NCBI GenBank assembly: GCA_002633005.1
Contig: NMRA01000199.1
Location: 530,637-594,636 of the forward strand
DNA length: 64,000 nt
Reading direction: 5' to 3'
DNA from: Phoronis australis
Taxonomy: Eukaryota; Animalia; Phoronida
The position numbers and the translations under genes are program-made. Under the pieces are notes generated by a model. It saw only the letters and a program-made list of their open reading frames with translations, made no database searches and was not told where the DNA came from. This document shows positions 28,200 to 39,900 of the stretch, one piece after another; positions within the stretch are counted from its first letter, which is position 1, and the number at the start of each line of letters is the position of its first letter.

Positions 28200-28560
28200 G
28201 CTTCCGACTTTGGGAACTGAACCAGGGACTGCTCGAAGAAAAAGTTTGATAACGACCTCCAAAGGCAAAGGTAAAGGGCACAAGTCAGATATAATGGACC
28301 CTGATTAAGAGAACCAGGCAATCACTAAATAACGGCCCCGTTATTTAGTGGATGAAACTGGTTCTCTAAATCAGGGTCCATTATATCCGACTACGGCCAA
28401 GGTAAAGGTGTACTTTTGTGAGCAAAAAGGCACTTATAACAACGTGACTTTGATTTTTTAGTCAGTGTGAGGCATAATTTGCCGAAAGTATTCTGGCGTA
28501 TGAAACTCCTATAGGAGCTACACCATCGCTACTGGGCCAGCTAGAAATGGTGTCACTGTC
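28200..28560. mobile_element. Degenerate TIR arm of the TAG-ended element family, interrupted by the 122-bp MITE
   Basis: TTTGGGAACTGAA...GGGACTGCTCGAAGAAAAAGTTT and TTATAACAACGTGACTTTGAT...GGCATAATT match 29860-30110. Confidence 0.75.
28277..28398. mobile_element. 122-bp palindromic MITE with GG termini and a 9-bp TSD (AAGGTAAAG)
   Basis: Almost entirely hairpin (GATATAATGGACCCTGATT...CACTAAATAACGG/CCGTTATTTAGTG...AATCAGGGTCCATTATATC). TSD copies are at 28268-28276 and 28399-28407. Confidence 0.88.
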
Positions 28561-29180
28561 GGTGGTCACTGACACTGTCTACATTGACCTGATGACAGAT
28601 GGCTGTATAGCCTTGGTACAAAGCTGTATACTAAATATACAGCTTTGCACCAATGTGGGTAAAAAGGTGGTAAGATAAAATCTGACAAATTAGTGTCATT
28701 AAAAACCAGTCTTCCTTGAGTAAGCTAAACTATTTAACGGTATTGGAAAAATGGCGTTCTACCGTTATTCTGCTGCTGAAGTTGTGAAGCACTAGACGGC
28801 GGCTTTAAATTCGGAGCCACGAAATATTGCGTCACCTATTGGCCATTTTTTTTGCCGATTCTCTAATCAACTGCTGTTCTTTCACGAGGTTGCGTACACG
28901 TTACAACAAATTATCAAAACTGGTTTCACTTCATTATAAATTTTTAGAATTTTGATACTGAAAAACCGAATTTCAGAAGAAATTTTGCTGCTGCCAAGCT
29001 ATCATCATCTCCCGAGAGATGACGTAAAAATTTAGGAAATGGAGTATGCACGTGACACGAGCGTATACTGTTTTCAAAACGACGACGTACTTTTCAATGT
29101 TAGAAAAGCCGGAGAGTTACGCAAGAAAATGACGTTTATTGGATTGATTTTCACGTAAACGGCTGTAACAGGCAAGGTGA

Positions 29181-30113
29181 TAGGCAATGACCATCGCCTC
29201 TGTTGGCCCGAACCAGAGGCGATGTAGAGGCTATAGGCGCTCTGTACACCGGAAGCTTTTCGGCGAATTATGCCTCGCACCGACTAAACCATCAAAGTCA
29301 CGTTGTTATAACTACCTTTTGTGCATAGACGAACACCTTAGGAGGTTGTCGATGTGTTTAAGTTCTTCCAACTCGAACAAATACTCCCGTTATGAAACTT
29401 TTCCTTCGAGCAGTCCCTATTTCAGTTCCCAAAATCGTGAAATCAAAATTTTTGTACTGCGCACGCTCCAACTTTTACCGCGCTCGCTAGGTGATGTGAC
29501 TTCATAACCTCAATAATTTTTAAATAGGCCAAAGGTGAGCCATTGCGGTCTTGTCAGTCAAATGTTCGTTTCCAAAATGCCACCACTTATACTTGTCTTT
29601 AATTGGCGTTACTTGAAACTGTTTGTATTTCAATGAATTATTGTTTGTATTTGATAAAAATAAATGCTGTTGATATGACATTTAAAAGTCTTTGTGCACA
29701 TATTTGACATTTTAATGTTTAACAACACGGCAAATGCACGGCTGGTTCCCGGCAGCACGTACGCAAAGGGCGGGAACTTCAGCTTTCAAAGTTCGCCGGT
29801 AGGATCGCAACTTCTGACCTTCGGCCTAGTTAAAAAAAATGAAAATTTTGATTTCACGATTTTGGGAACTGAAATAGGGACTGCTCGAAGAAAAAGTTTC
29901 ATAACGGGAGTATTTGTTCGAGTTGAAAGAACTTAAACACATCGACAACCTCCTAAGGTGTTCGTCTATGCGCAAAAGGTAGTTATAACAACGTGGCTTT
30001 GATGGTTTAGTCGGTGCAAGGCATAATTCGCCGAAAAGCTTCCGGCGTACAGAGCGCCTATAGCCTCTACATCGCCTCTGGTTCGGGCCAACAGAGGCGA
30101 TGGTCATTGCCTA
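29181..30113. mobile_element. 933-bp non-autonomous DNA transposon with TIRs of about 270 bp and a 9-bp TSD (GCAAGGTGA)
   Basis: Begins TAGGCAATGACCATCGCCTCTG and ends CAGAGGCGATGGTCATTGCCTA. The TIRs are near-identical and explain the mirror ORFs 29187..29507+ and 29826..30107-. TSD copies are at 29172-29180 and 30114-30122. No transposase ORF. Confidence 0.93.
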
Positions 30114-31103
30114 GCAAGGTGATTGATTGCCGGTTGATTCCCAGATTTTGCATGCACCCCGTTGATACAAGTTTCACGGCAAGGTGACGAGCAGAACTAC
30201 CCTGGCTGTGTGAAATTTCGGGGTCTACAGAAGAAATACACACAGTGGTAGCTAGCTATATTTTGACGACAGTCTTCATACAGCTGGCTGACTAATGCAG
30301 TATGGCTCTGGCTGAACAGTCTTTACACCGACAAAGTCAATGTAAAAATTGTTGACTTCGAAATTCTTTGCAAAATGTGCATATTTTTTCATGTTATTTG
30401 GGAACATGCGTGGCAATTAAATCTATTGACACTTCAGGAATAACTAAACAACAATGTTGAATGAAACCCTTGCCTTCCATTTGCCGATTCACATCCACAT
30501 TTCCACCATTCTTACACTCGTCGTTGTTATGCATAGGTGGCGTTCTTGAAAATAAAACAAAACTATCTCGTAGAACTTAAAACAATCAATAAATAAAAGG
30601 ATTTTCGGTCAAAATTACGATATCAGGAAACATGTATTACATATTAAAGTATTTATTAAAGTATTTTAAAGAAAAAAATGCAAAAACATTTGTAGTTTTT
30701 ATGAATATGTTTTCACTGATGGTTCTGGCTTTTTAGTGTCCATTCTGAACGTGCGTCTGCTGCTGACATGTTGAAACCATTCATTGGAGTTCGTAAGTTT
30801 TCTATACGTCCTTGTGTAAGCCTTAGACGCTACTTTAAAGTCTTAATTAAATTAGTTAAGTTTGAATTCCTGGGCTAGAGTTGGTGACTAGCCAATACTC
30901 AGCTCATAAACTGTTAAATTAAGATCTGGTTTACGGACTGTATGTACAGTATGTATTTGGCGACCTTCGCTACGCGGCCAGTCGGACAGTGACCACCGTC
31001 TGGCCCAGTAGCAGAGACGGTGGAGCGATCGGAGCTTCATACGCCGGAAGCCTGTCTTTACGGTTGGCAGATCGCCGTGTATTATCTCAGGCATACACTT
31101 TAA

Positions 31104-33636
31104 GGGGCGATAGTACACCCCTATAAAAAGTTGCTCTCAAAGTACAGCAAAACATGCTTATTTATTATTAATTTATAATAAGCAACGCGTAGACCCTCGC
31201 CTCGGTTGGCCGGTTAGAACTTAGGGGCTACAATACTGTCCATCACTTTCTGTACAAGTTTCGTCCTGTATTTTGAACGGGCGGTAAGCCAAATCCGGTC
31301 ACCCATTACATGTCGTGAACACATCCACTAAAACAAGAAACTGTAGGAACACTGCATTTATCCACCTTCACTCTTATCAGGCTTCTATTGTGAGTCAGCA
31401 TGCGTGAATAATTGGCTGATAAGCCACCTCTGGAACTACTTTTGGCTGAATGGATGACCAGGCCATAAAATGATAATATTAGCCAAGACCAGTTACTAAT
31501 GCAACAAAGAATAATGTCGTAGTATCACCTAGCCTTGGTGGAAAGCTGTATACTGTATTGGCTCTAATAAACGCTTAGAAAAAATCATTTCACGGGGAGG
31601 GGATTCTTATTGTAGCCTACGGCAGTTGAAAGCCGGTTTCCCAAACGGGTAAAATCGGAAGCTAGGATTCATAAAATTTACGCTTTGTGACGAATTTTTA
31701 GCCTATGACAGTCTTTCTACAAAATTGTGGTGCATTGCTATGAACTTCCGTTGTTAAATTACGATAATTTTTCAAAAAATTGTGCTCATCACAGGGCGAA
31801 AACTTGCCGACTGATGCGTCGCCGCTGAATCGCCATCGTCAATAGGAAAACTTGTACTCTTGAATAAAAATATAGTTTCGACTCAACAAATTACCTGAAA
31901 TCTTCCTGATGTTTTACAATTTTTAAAGTTCATGTGGAGTCCAGATTAATTGCGATTAAGTCCAAATGTGCGCTACATCGTACTCCACAACAAGAGAAAA
32001 ATCTCTGGATGAACACACATGTTGTTGTCACGTGACGTTTGTTTTGAAGGTCGTCTGTGTATGAGAGTGAGTGAGCGTGCGTGTGCGGGTCATCGACGAT
32101 AGACTTTTTTGTTACAAAAGGCGGAGGATTATGCAAGAAAATGGCGTTTACTAGATTTTTTTTCACTTAAACGGCTGTAACGTGCAAGGTGAGTGCTGGT
32201 TAACTCACAGATTTTGTGTGCACAGGCCGACTGTCGTTAGCTCTGCCGTGGAGTATTAATAGTCCAAGGCTCGATCTACATGTTGGGGACGAAATGAACT
32301 ACCCAGGCTGTGTGAAATTTCTGGGTCTAACGGAGACACTGACGCAGTGGTCAGTCAGATCGCTGTATCAAGACTATAGTCAAAATCCAAATTCGTTTTA
32401 TCGTGTCCCTGTCAATAATAACGGCATGTTAAAGTCTTCTAAATTTTCGTACTTCAGGAACATAACAATCAGGTGTTTTGTACACATACGCGCATGCCGC
32501 AGATCACATCTCGGAAGTTGCCGATTTGACGGATGACAATGAATGAACACAATGAAATTAACAACGTCGTTTTACAGCTTGTAAGATTCATAATAAACGT
32601 ATTTTGAATATTGCAATGCATGTGTTCCAAAATCTAAATAACTCAGGTCCTATATTTTTGTATTAGTGCCCGCCCAATGAAAGTAATCGTGAGTGTTGCT
32701 GTGTTGCAAAATCTCTTATCCTGGGCCGATTTGAAAAATTCAAAGTTGTACTCAAATTTATTTTCGCTCCTCTTTTCAAATATTACAGTAAAAACTACGT
32801 AAAACTCTCTCCATAAAAAGTACAGTCTGCTAGCTAGATTGTAATCAGCTGATCATATCCGCATGAGCGAAGCCAATTATCCTCGCTCGTGACTCGATGA
32901 CTAGAGCAGCTTGGCGGCATCCCTTTGATCGTGAGCCGAGCGCGACTCAGCCAAGGTGGATAAATACGGTCTAGTTCAATTTTCCATACCCCACCGTTTA
33001 CCTTAACCACTGGGGTTAGAACCAATTTTATTTAGTGGGAATGTTCATAGCATGAAGAGTTAATTTCACCTCGTCAAAAATACATTCCACACTTCAAACT
33101 ATCGCTTAAGCGCTACTTTCTTCAATGGTCCTTTCTACTTCTACAAATATCTTCGATGAAGCTTAGTCATGAGAATTAAGGTGACTTTGGCGAAGAATTC
33201 CAAGTCCACTTTTTTGGTCTCCGTTATTGGCGTTAACTTTTTCACCACGCGTGCGATAACCACAAAGTACTTCAACTGAGTCACATGAGTTGGGCAAAGG
33301 CTAGCGTGAGACTCAGCGAAGTGCGTGACGTTGGCGCGTGACTCTTACAAAATACCATGGGAATTAGGTATCTCATGAAATTTGTAAGATTTGTTTCCCT
33401 TGGAGTTTTTATTCGTCAACATGCGTGATTTCACGTAACTTCCTCAAAATGGCACCCAGTAAGAGAAACTCGAGCAAACCGTGACAGATTTTCATCGATT
33501 TGTTCAAATTATCTTGAATGAATCGTTTTCAGACTTGTGTTAATTATAACTCCTTGTGCCAATATGCATGTTTCACGTGATTTTATTTCCTGTGTTTTGA
33601 AATCCGTAACTTTTTGTGGGGATGTACTATCGCCCC
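31104..33636. mobile_element. Possible old TIR element (Kolobok-like ends)
   Basis: TTAA|GGGGCGATAGTACACCCCTATAAAAAGTT at 31104 is inverted relative to AACTTTTTGTGGGGATGTACTATCGCCCC ending at 33636. The right-hand TTAA is not preserved. Confidence 0.4.
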
Positions 33637-33680
33637 TGTGCCTGTGACATCCAGGGCGATGTAACTGCCTAATAATTATA

Positions 33681-35167
33681 TAGACAATGACCATCGCCTC
33701 TATCCAGCTAGTAGAGACGATGAAGCTCCTATAGGGGCTCCATATGCCTGAAGCTTTTCGACGAATTATGCCTCGCACTGACTAAAACATCAAAGTCACG
33801 CTGTTATAAATGTGTTTTGCGCATAGAGGAACACCTTAGGAGGTTGTCGATGTGTTTAATTCCTTCCAACTCGAACAAATACTCCCATTATCAAACATTT
33901 TTCTTCAGTCCCTCGTTCAGTTCCCAAAATCGTGAACTCACCATTTTCACTCTGCGCACGCTAAGAGATATGACCCCATTCTTTTAACCAGGTCGAAGGT
34001 CAGAAGTTGCAGTCCTACCAGCAAACTTTGAAAGCTGATGTCCCTGCCTACTGCCTGATGTCGGAAACCAGTCGTACATTTTGCCGTGTTGTAAGACATG
34101 GGCGGCGCACCATAGGGGGCTGGAGGGGGTATAGCCCTCACTTTTTCAGTGGTGCACCGCCCATAAAAGAACAATTAATTTTGCCGAAGACTAGACAAAT
34201 TTCGGAGTGATCCATTATTTAAGAACGATCTCCTTTCACGGTACATGAACGTTATTTATGCAAGGGCAGATTTAACGACGTTGACATACTGCCTTAGAAA
34301 ATCGCAGTTGCACTAACGTAACCCCAAATCGGCCAATGTGTACAGTTTGTTAGGCATGAAACAGTGATGCTAATACGTGACTGATTTTCTGAATTGGAAA
34401 CACTATCAAGTGACCGTCAAGTACTAAATCAGATTTTCCACAGATGCACTAATGCATGTAAAGCCACTTCGGTCTGGCACCTTATGTACACCGATGCCTC
34501 ACTAATACTCGTGTGATCTAAGTAGCTTTCGTGAATTTTATGTCTACCAGAAGCATGGTTTGATACAGGTAAATAACATGAAAATGGTAATCTCTGGTAA
34601 GATGGGCAATAAAAAAGCGCCAGCCACGTGGAAGTACGAGAGAATGACGAAAACTGGGAGGAAGAGGGTGGGAAAAATTAATAAGTTTTGGAACGTACGA
34701 CAATGTGGTCGGAACAAAGATGAACTGAAAGCGAGGTTACAATAACAAAGAAAAAATGCCTAAATGTGACAATCATCAGCCTATAAGAGCCAAGAGCTGA
34801 CCACACTCGAGGCACATGATAACAACAGACCAGTATGAAGGCTGGGAAAACGACATGTAGTCCTGCACAAGGGAATAATGGAATAGACCGAAATGAGGGA
34901 GAAAGGAGTAAGACAGGTCCATATGCTCACATAAATATATTTAACGAGTGAAATACCGTTTATGATCAACATATATCCCGAATAGATAAATAATACGTGC
35001 GTCACAAGCTCGTTACCAGAGATAAAAAGGAGACTAAGGTAGGCGATATAAGGTCATTTATGATGACTAATACAATTACAATATAATGAATACAGTCAGG
35101 TAAATAACATAAAAATGGTAATCTCTGGTAAGATGGTTGCGCCAGCAGAGGCGATGGTCATTGCCTA
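33681..35167. mobile_element. Second, older and rearranged copy (1487 bp) of the TAG-ended 9-bp-TSD transposon family
   Basis: Starts TAGACAATGACCATCGCCTC and ends AGAGGCGATGGTCATTGCCTA. The flanks ATAATTATA (33672-33680) and ATAGTTATA (35168-35176) match at 8 of 9 bases. The left 400 bp or so match the right arm of 29181-30113 inverted; the right TIR is truncated to about 25 bp. Confidence 0.8.
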
Positions 35168-35470
35168 ATAGTTATACACATGGAGTTAACACATTTGAAC
35201 ATTGCACTGGAAATTTGCAGCGTTTCACTCGAGCAAAACTTACAAATAATACCTAATGTCTTCCCATGCTGTTTTTGCGAGTGTTGCGCCAGGTCAGGCA
35301 CTTTGCTCAGTGTCATGCTGTCCTTGCCTAACTTGCATGATATGAATTGAAATACTTGTGGTTTTCGTGCGAGGCGAAAAAGTTAATGGCGACCACAAAA
35401 GTGGAGTAATACTGTAATTCTTCGCCAGAGTTGTCTTAGTTCGCTTAGACAGCGATGATATGAATAGAAC

Positions 35471-35617
35471 CTGTTCCTGGGGTGTATGCCTTGTCGTGGC
35501 GGAACAGCTTGTGTATCTCCGTGACCTCTAGAGCTTTACTGGCGGGAGTTTAAAACTCCTGGCAGGGCTACCCATGCCCGACAGGTCGAAAAGTAGAGAT
35601 CAGACAAAATTCACCCC
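35471..35617 (+). ncRNA. Putative HDV-like (double-pseudoknot) self-cleaving ribozyme at the retroposon 5' end
   Basis: P1 CTGTTCC (35471-77) / GGAACAG (35501-07). P2 GGGGTGTAT (35479-87) / ATTCACCCC (35609-17), one mismatch. P3 GCC/GGC around a 7-nt L3 TTGTCGT. Extended P4 (ATCTC/GAGAT, GACCT/AGGTC, GGAGTTT/AAACTCC). J4/2 is C(35605)-A-A-A. Confidence 0.6.
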
Positions 35618-35906
35618 AAACACTCCCTAGGGTCACACTAGGTTTGGGCGTAAGGCCAAATCCCTTACCCTGTAAAACAATGCTCCTGTCACCTACGAGG
35701 ACAACTCTTACATCAAAACCTGGGCAGACTGGGCTCATCAGCCATAGAAGGCAATCAGTCTAGGAGAAGGCCACTCCGAAATACAACCATGTGCTGCCAC
35801 GAAGACGGAGCATGTGGGCTAATGACAGCAGGCAGACCATCTGTACCTGTACCTCCTTCCCTGCACGCATTTTACCCATCGGGAACACTGAAGAAGAAGA
35901 AGAAGA
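35472..35906 (+). mobile_element. 435-bp non-autonomous RTE-type retroposon (RTE-like 5' region plus 3' end) with a (GAA)n tail and a 13-14 bp TSD
   Basis: TSD ATATGAATAGAACC at 35458-35471 and 35907-35920; tail GAAGAAGAAGAAGAAGA. The 5' sequence GCCTTGTCGTGGC...GCAGGGCTACCCA...ACAGGTC...GACAAAA resembles the RTE/BovB 5' region as I recall it. Confidence 0.85.
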
Positions 35907-36979
35907 ATATGAATAGAACCAGAGAGGATCGCTGAAGAAAATAAGTGCTTTTTAAGTGATGATTTTAACTGTAAAATGTATTTTTGATGAGGCCAATTTG
36001 CCGCTCATTCGGTGAGTGAATTCGGCCTACCGCCTGTTTATAATAAACAGGACAAAGTTAACACAGAAGGTGATAGGGAGTGTTGTAGCCCGTGTATTGC
36101 CAGTTGAGGAGCCATGTAGTTGTCTAGGCAGCTGCAGGTCACCAATTAATTTAGGTAACACGTAGACACTTGGCTGACTAGAGATCAGCTACAATACAAA
36201 CTGCAGAATTTTGTAGTTTTTATGAAAATGTTTACACTTGTCTGGTGGTTCTGCCTTTTTAGTGTCCATTCTGAACATGCGTATGATGCTGACATTGTGA
36301 AACCATTCAGTGGAGCCTTTGAAGTGCAATTTGAATAGAAACTGCATGAACACCAAGGTGGAACGTGTTTTCTGGATTTCTAGTTGGTGAGTTTTCTTAT
36401 GCAAGTCATAGTAGCCATTAAGTTTGTCTATCCAATATTGTTCTCTCACAGACTCAAGAGAGAACAATATTGGATAGACAAACTTAATACAATAGAACCT
36501 CATGGATTGAACATAAAAAAAATTCTTAAAATATGTCATTGAATTTTTTACGCAAAAATGTATCATTTTCATTACACCATATCTTATATGTCAATTGTCA
36601 TTTTGTGTTTGATTTTACTTTATTTCTGTTTTTGTAGACAAAGGAAGTTATTACATCCGAAAATTTGAAATTTCAATTGATCCATTCTTGTTGTTTTATT
36701 TACCGACTTATATTCTTCATTTCATGAAACAATAGTATCCTTGGGAGGATCTGGATCGCCTTATTTAGTTTCAGATATATTTTCTACGTTATTTACACTC
36801 AGAAAAATGTAGCAGGTAAACTGTTTAGATGTTTATGCCATTCTGAAAATTGCCATACCTTTATAATTATTTTCTAGGTTGTGAACTTGTAAATTGGTCG
36901 TACGTTTTACTTTTCCGGCAGGTCTCATAATTTGAAACATATGTCTTCGACGTCTTGCAGATTTATCTGATCATCTGTC

Positions 36980-39900
36980 ATGGGTACTGGAGCAAGCAAG
37001 AACAGACAGAAATCAATTTCAGGGGAAGTTAATGAGAGTCTGTTCAATTCATCCTCTTCCTCTGGCAGTTCTGAGATGGGTTTTCTGTCTATTGGATCCA
37101 CAGAAAGTGCTTTACATAGAAAAGAGCACATTCGCATGTTAGGTAGGAAGTACTCGGTGGGTTTGTCTCGTGTTGCAAAAGAATTGGGACAGTCTGGTCT
37201 GGACCCAGACGAGCAGTATGGCATGTCATTTAATTGTCCTCCTGTGCTGGATATACACAAAAAACAGGCTGCAGGGACAAAAATGAATAAATGTCAGTCC
37301 GAAGTAGATTCCTGTCGTAAAGACATAGGCAAAGTAGTTGAGTGTGCCAGCTTCCCTAATGAAGACTTCAAGGAGAAGAGAAGTGGACTGAAAGAAGTAT
37401 ACAGGCGTGTCAATCCTAACTACTCAGATCTGTTCAGAATACCCGACGGTATGCTCGAGACTCTCCAGGAGAAAATGAAATCTGGCTCCACTGACAGTCC
37501 GCTAATAAGGCAAGCCCGTCGTAGCTCAATACATGAGCATAATTTCCTGAACTTTCTCAACTGGAATGAGCATTTGTGTGGTGATGACAACAGCGACAGT
37601 CAAAGGTTTAAGCTAAGTAAAAGACTATTTGAAAGTAATCGACCAAAGACAGAGCAGTTTGGCTGTGATCGCACATCGTACTGGAAGATGGGTGTGGGAG
37701 CAGAACCGATATATCGGGATGGATTTGAGACACTGAAAAATGATTCTACTCGCCCCTGGCGGGTCAGGGAAAGCGCTGCAGAAGTTGTTGAAGAAGAAAA
37801 CCTGAGCATGGAGGCCATTGCTGAACTGGAATGTCAACTTCCTCTTGTCAGCTTTCAGGAAATGCCAAAGCTGGTAGGAAGAATTGCCCTTGCTAAAACT
37901 AAGCTTGTTGAGAACAACAAGAAAGAAAGAGGTCATGGTGAGGAGAATGCTGTAGTTATGTCGAGTGGTCATTTTGAAGATGATCTGGATAACGCAAGTC
38001 TTGATCAACAGTCCCATGAAGAAAATGTACCCCATTCAAGCATCAGAGATAAGTCGGAATCAACTGTTGCCAATGAAATACTGTGTTCCAGTGGTGTTCA
38101 AGATACAGACCCTAGTGATGCAAAGAGAGTTGAAGCAGACACTTCAAAATGCAGGGGCAAAAACAGTATGAGCAGTGCCAAAGAACATAATTGTACTCAC
38201 GAACTAAACAACCCTGTGAACTCTTCAATGGATAGGTTTGTTCCGATGGAAAAGAGATCACCTGTTTTTGACTCAGTTGTGCCACAGGAACGAGAATGGT
38301 ATGCTGAAACTATGAGTTGCCACGTTTTTGCAGACTCTGACGCAACTGCTTCGGAATCAAGTGATCTTGTAGACTACTTTGGCACAACGAGGAAAGTTTG
38401 TTATGCAAAAGAGAATCCAAGTGTGCGTTTTAAAAGAAGAAAAAAATCTGGTGCAAAGAAGTTAATTACATCGGATTCCAGTGACATCGAGACTGATAAT
38501 CAGTTCAGTAAATGTGTTTCTACTAGAATGAAAGGCAAAAAAGAATTTACATTGGCTGAAAGAAGACATACCCAGAGTTTTTCGGCACCAGCTAGAAGGT
38601 CAAAGAAGAATAGCTGTGATGCCAATCCACATCCATTTAACTGTAAAGTGCTTTCTCACAGAAGGAAAACAATAGATTGTCCAGTTTCTCTTGGACGAAG
38701 ACAGACAAATGCAGTTGGTGCAGCCTGCTTTAAAGAGTGCCGTCTCAACTCATTATCATTGCCAAAGAAATGTTCCAAAAAGTACTGCTTCAAAGAAAAA
38801 AGAATACCTTCTGCTCCATTTCTAAGTAAAAAGGGAAGCCTGAAGAAAAACTCTGACAATAAAGCAAACACTTTAAAACACAAAGACAAGCCTAAAGTGA
38901 AACGTTCAAGCACAAAGAACCAAAAGGAATCAAGAGATAATGCAAAGATCCAATTGAAAGACCATCCTCATTCACAATTAAATAGGAGAACAGAGCATAA
39001 TAAAAAAATACGTTCTCCAAGAATTATACCTTCCGACCATGCAAAAATAAAATTTTCGGATGTTGCACTCAATAATTCTGCTTCAGGCGTTAGACATTGT
39101 CACCAATCTATTGAACAAATGCTTAGTGAACAAAATTTCAGTGTCCTAGATGACGTGCCATGCCATTTGTTTTCAAATGTGCCAGATGCATACTATTTCA
39201 ATTGTGCGAATCATGTAACCACAATTAATCAACTAAGAGATGATGTTCCATGGTCAATAAGTGGTCCAACTGGTAAAAATGTTGAAGCCCCTGTTACTCC
39301 ATCTGCCATAGAAGTAGAGTCTTCATTTAAAAATGCAAGTGACATGAACCAGTCAACGTCGCCAGCTAAGCTTCAGGGGATCGCAAATGAAATGACCACT
39401 GGCCTGGGAAAACCAGCTGTTTCACAAGGCAACCAGTGTTGTAAACTCAGTCAAGGGGATTGCAAAGGCAAAACATGTTCCTTGGTTAAAGACCATGTTT
39501 CATTTCCGTCAGAGTTTTCCAAATGTGAGCAATCGGCATACAAGAATGCGTGGCATAGGCCCATGCTGAAAACTAAAACAGCTTCGTCTGCTGAAGGAGC
39601 ACGAAACAATTCAGCTAATACGAACTTGGATTGTGAAAACAGCATTACCGTTAGGCCAGCGAAAAACTCAAATTGTACTTTGGATGGACCAAATAATACA
39701 AATAATCCTATTTCAATGATGAAGTCTAAAGAATTTACTGCTGGCAAACATAAGATGTCAGATAAGTCTTGCAAAACCTTCAGGGCAGGTGTTGTGGCAA
39801 TGTCTAGAGAAGAAAAGTCTAAGCACAAGGAGGAGTTGCTGAAGACTGCGTATGGCGTTGGTCAATGCAAAAAGTCCAACGTCGAGGCTGGGCATCCACA

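Larger units (their letters stand above)
33055..36005. repeat. Degenerate inverted repeat pair (about 33055-33375 and about 35245-36005); the right arm is split by the RTE-type retroposon
   Basis: For example CCTCGTCAAAAATACATT and GGCGAAGAATT...TTAACTTTTTC...CCACAAAGTA...CATGGGAA match the reverse complement of the right arm on both sides of 35472-35906. Confidence 0.7.

Noticed and set aside
29187-30107. Two near-identical ORFs on opposite strands (MTIASVGPNQRR...)
   Set aside because: A by-product of the transposon's terminal inverted repeats.
33055-36005. Inverted repeats as the remnant axis of the inverted gene duplication
   Set aside because: The paralogues are too diverged for neutral non-coding similarity to persist; transposon origin is more likely.
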